Shown piece by piece: positions 63,201 through 64,000 of a DNA stretch of 64,000 bases. The notes beneath the pieces were generated by a model. It ran no database searches. It worked only from the letters and a program-made list of their open reading frames with translations, and had not been told where the DNA came from. Source of the DNA: Deinococcales bacterium. GTDB lineage: Bacteria; Deinococcota; Deinococci; Deinococcales; JAAFIG01. Within the stretch, counting starts at the first letter, position 1. Every line of letters starts with the position of its first letter. The DNA is taken from positions 28,347 to 92,346 of the forward strand of contig JANNVX010000075.1 of assembly GCA_031414595.1 (NCBI GenBank), read 5' to 3'. The position numbers and the translations under genes are program-made.

Positions 63201-63332
63201 CCCGGTGTGAACAACCAAAAAACCTTTGGCAGATGGGCATTTTTAGAATTACATGATGTCTACGCAATGCAAGACGAATTCGCCCAAGCCTTTACAGACC
63301 AACTGGACACACTGGCAAAAGGAACTGTATGA
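60282..63332 (+). CDS. type III restriction enzyme Res subunit
   Basis: PFFCQLEAVET, LATGAGKT, NDEAHH, LSATP, MLTEGWD, EQ.IGR.LR, Y.PDF...VEIKG. Confidence 0.92.
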   Translation: MSQLFFEKPILNSPYTYPHQHWELDTTGQPTQNVLDYRRRAEFITPIPKPKKQKGHQQEELVFSKVGQGISSNGQQYDHTQVINAVREQVDAWRLLPNPSDWRVTPETARLLTHWRHHQFLGVRPFFCQLEAVETAIWLTEVAPKVKAGAGFLEHLRITNLDANPDLLRLALKLATGAGKTTVMAMLIAWQTINAVRHKNSKMFSRGFLVVAPGLTIKDRLRVLQPNDPESYFKNRELVPTDMMLDLEKAKIVITNYHAFKLRERMELSKGGRLLLQGRGNAALETLESQGQMLQRVMPELMGMKHILVINDEAHHCYREKPSSQEDLSSEEKDEAKENNEAARLWISGLEAVQRKLGISRVMDLSATPFFLRGSGYAEGTLFPWVMSDFSLMDAIECGIVKLPRVPVADNINNPGAEMPMYRDLWTHIRGKMPKKGRGKAEKLDPLDLPQPLQTALEALYGHYKKTFELWQQHDILVPPCFIIVCNNTSTSKLVYDYVSGFYRQNEDGTSILENGRLALFRNYDEYGNPLGRPNTLLIDSQQLESGEALDDKFRNLAKEEIELFKRHKIERSGNPHLAETLTDQELLREVMNTVGKPNTLGESIRCVVSVSMLTEGWDANTVTHVLGVRAFGTQLLCEQVIGRALRRQSYDLNEDGLFNTEYADVLGIPFDFTAKPVISTPQPPRQTTHVKAMRPERDALEIRFPKVQGYHTKLPEERLTALFTEDSTLELTPDLVGPTQTQNAGIIGQAVNLTVEHLGDMRDSSVLFRLTKDLLEGHFRDEDGFVQLHLFGQLKRICKTWLEQHLICKGDTRPAQLQHKQLSNLACQRILSAITRANLETEPKSIQVVLDSYNPIGSSIHVNFNTTKSSRWTTDSRKSHLNYVILDSDWEAELCRVVEQHPNVRAYVKNQNLGLEVPYQYGSNSRKYLPDFIVQLEDGHGEHDWLNLIVEIKGFRGEDAKNKKEFIETYWIPGVNNQKTFGRWAFLELHDVYAMQDEFAQAFTDQLDTLAKGTV

Positions 63333-63859
63333 GCAAGAAAAACCCCAGCACTCCGCTTCGTATAGAAACCCTAACCCACACCGAAGACAAACGCAAAAAC
63401 CTACCAACCGCCGAAGCCCAAGCCCTGATGCGCGAAGAAGAAATTCATCCAATACGCACCGCTTATGCACGGCGCAACCAAGACCTAGACCCACAACTGA
63501 TTTGGCGAGGCAAGGATTTACTCGACTGGTCAGATTTAATTGTCCAAGTGCCACCACTGTACTTACAAGAAAAAATTCATCCCAAGGTTTTAATAGACGA
63601 CCTCAAACGCCAAAGTGCAACTTCGGCTCGAGAAACCGCTTTGCAAACAGATTTATTTGCAGATTTTAATGGTTTACCTTCCGAAGCTGCCAAAACCGAA
63701 TTTTACCAGCACGACACCAACTGGTCTAACCGCATGATACTAGGCGACAGTTTACAAGTCATGGCGAGCCTAGCCGAACGCGAAGGCTTAAAAAACCAAG
63801 TCCAGTGCATTTATTTTGACCCACCGTATGGCATTAAATTTAACAGCAATTTTCAATGG
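63329..63859 (+). pseudogene. type III R-M Mod (adenine MTase), N-terminal part, interrupted
   Basis: DPQL.W.GK, NRMILGDSL.VM.SL, IYFDPPYGIKFNSNFQW then an immediate stop; SAM-binding motif missing. Confidence 0.8.
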
Positions 63860-64000
63860 CAATAGTCTGGAACGTTTTTTAAATTTAAGAAATTAAAAGT
63901 GGAAGCCCTACTGTAAGCTGTGAGTGTCTAAACCAACGCTCCAAAAAGGCTTCCATGACTATCTTAAACCAAATTCTGACCTTAGCGGGTATTCGCAAAA
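63860..64000 (+). mobile_element. probable left end of an insertion sequence with transposase start (ATG 63955)
   Basis: Abrupt switch to AT-rich CAATAGTC...; ORF MTILNQILTLAGIRK runs off the edge; GGAAGCC/GGCTTCC inverted repeat over its RBS. Confidence 0.6.

Overview
64 kb of a moderate-GC bacterial chromosome, most likely Deinococcota (inferred from pervasive leaderless TANNNT-N6/7-start genes, a roadblock trio and overall gene content). Housekeeping blocks: ureide catabolism, cdd, tRNA-Lys, RtcB, nagZ, khpA-rimM-trmD, type III PKS, R2lox, MCP, acyl-CoA ligase, ltaE, tRNA-Pro, trehalase. Between them lie five intact toxin-antitoxin pairs plus one remnant, two AfsR/SARP-like STAND-NTPase-TPR regulators with neighbouring secreted/lipoprotein cassettes, and a type III R-M locus whose mod gene is cut by a probable IS at the right edge. 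Main observations: (1) five accessory promoters share one exact geometry (11-bp-period direct repeat ending ACG, then 10 nt, then TANNNT), suggesting a STAND-SARP regulon; (2) a PqqD/RRE gene, an HPr-kinase-like gene and a 45-aa lasso-leader-like peptide coupled to a beta-propeller lipoprotein, with no lasso cyclase or protease in the window; (3) CTCGAG is iterated about 30-fold above chance and is depleted in an island; (4) an MJ1316/DUF504-like domain is fused in frame to RtcB; (5) 21-25 bp micro-duplications recur exactly at gene ends. Family calls come from recognised motifs; no searches were run.
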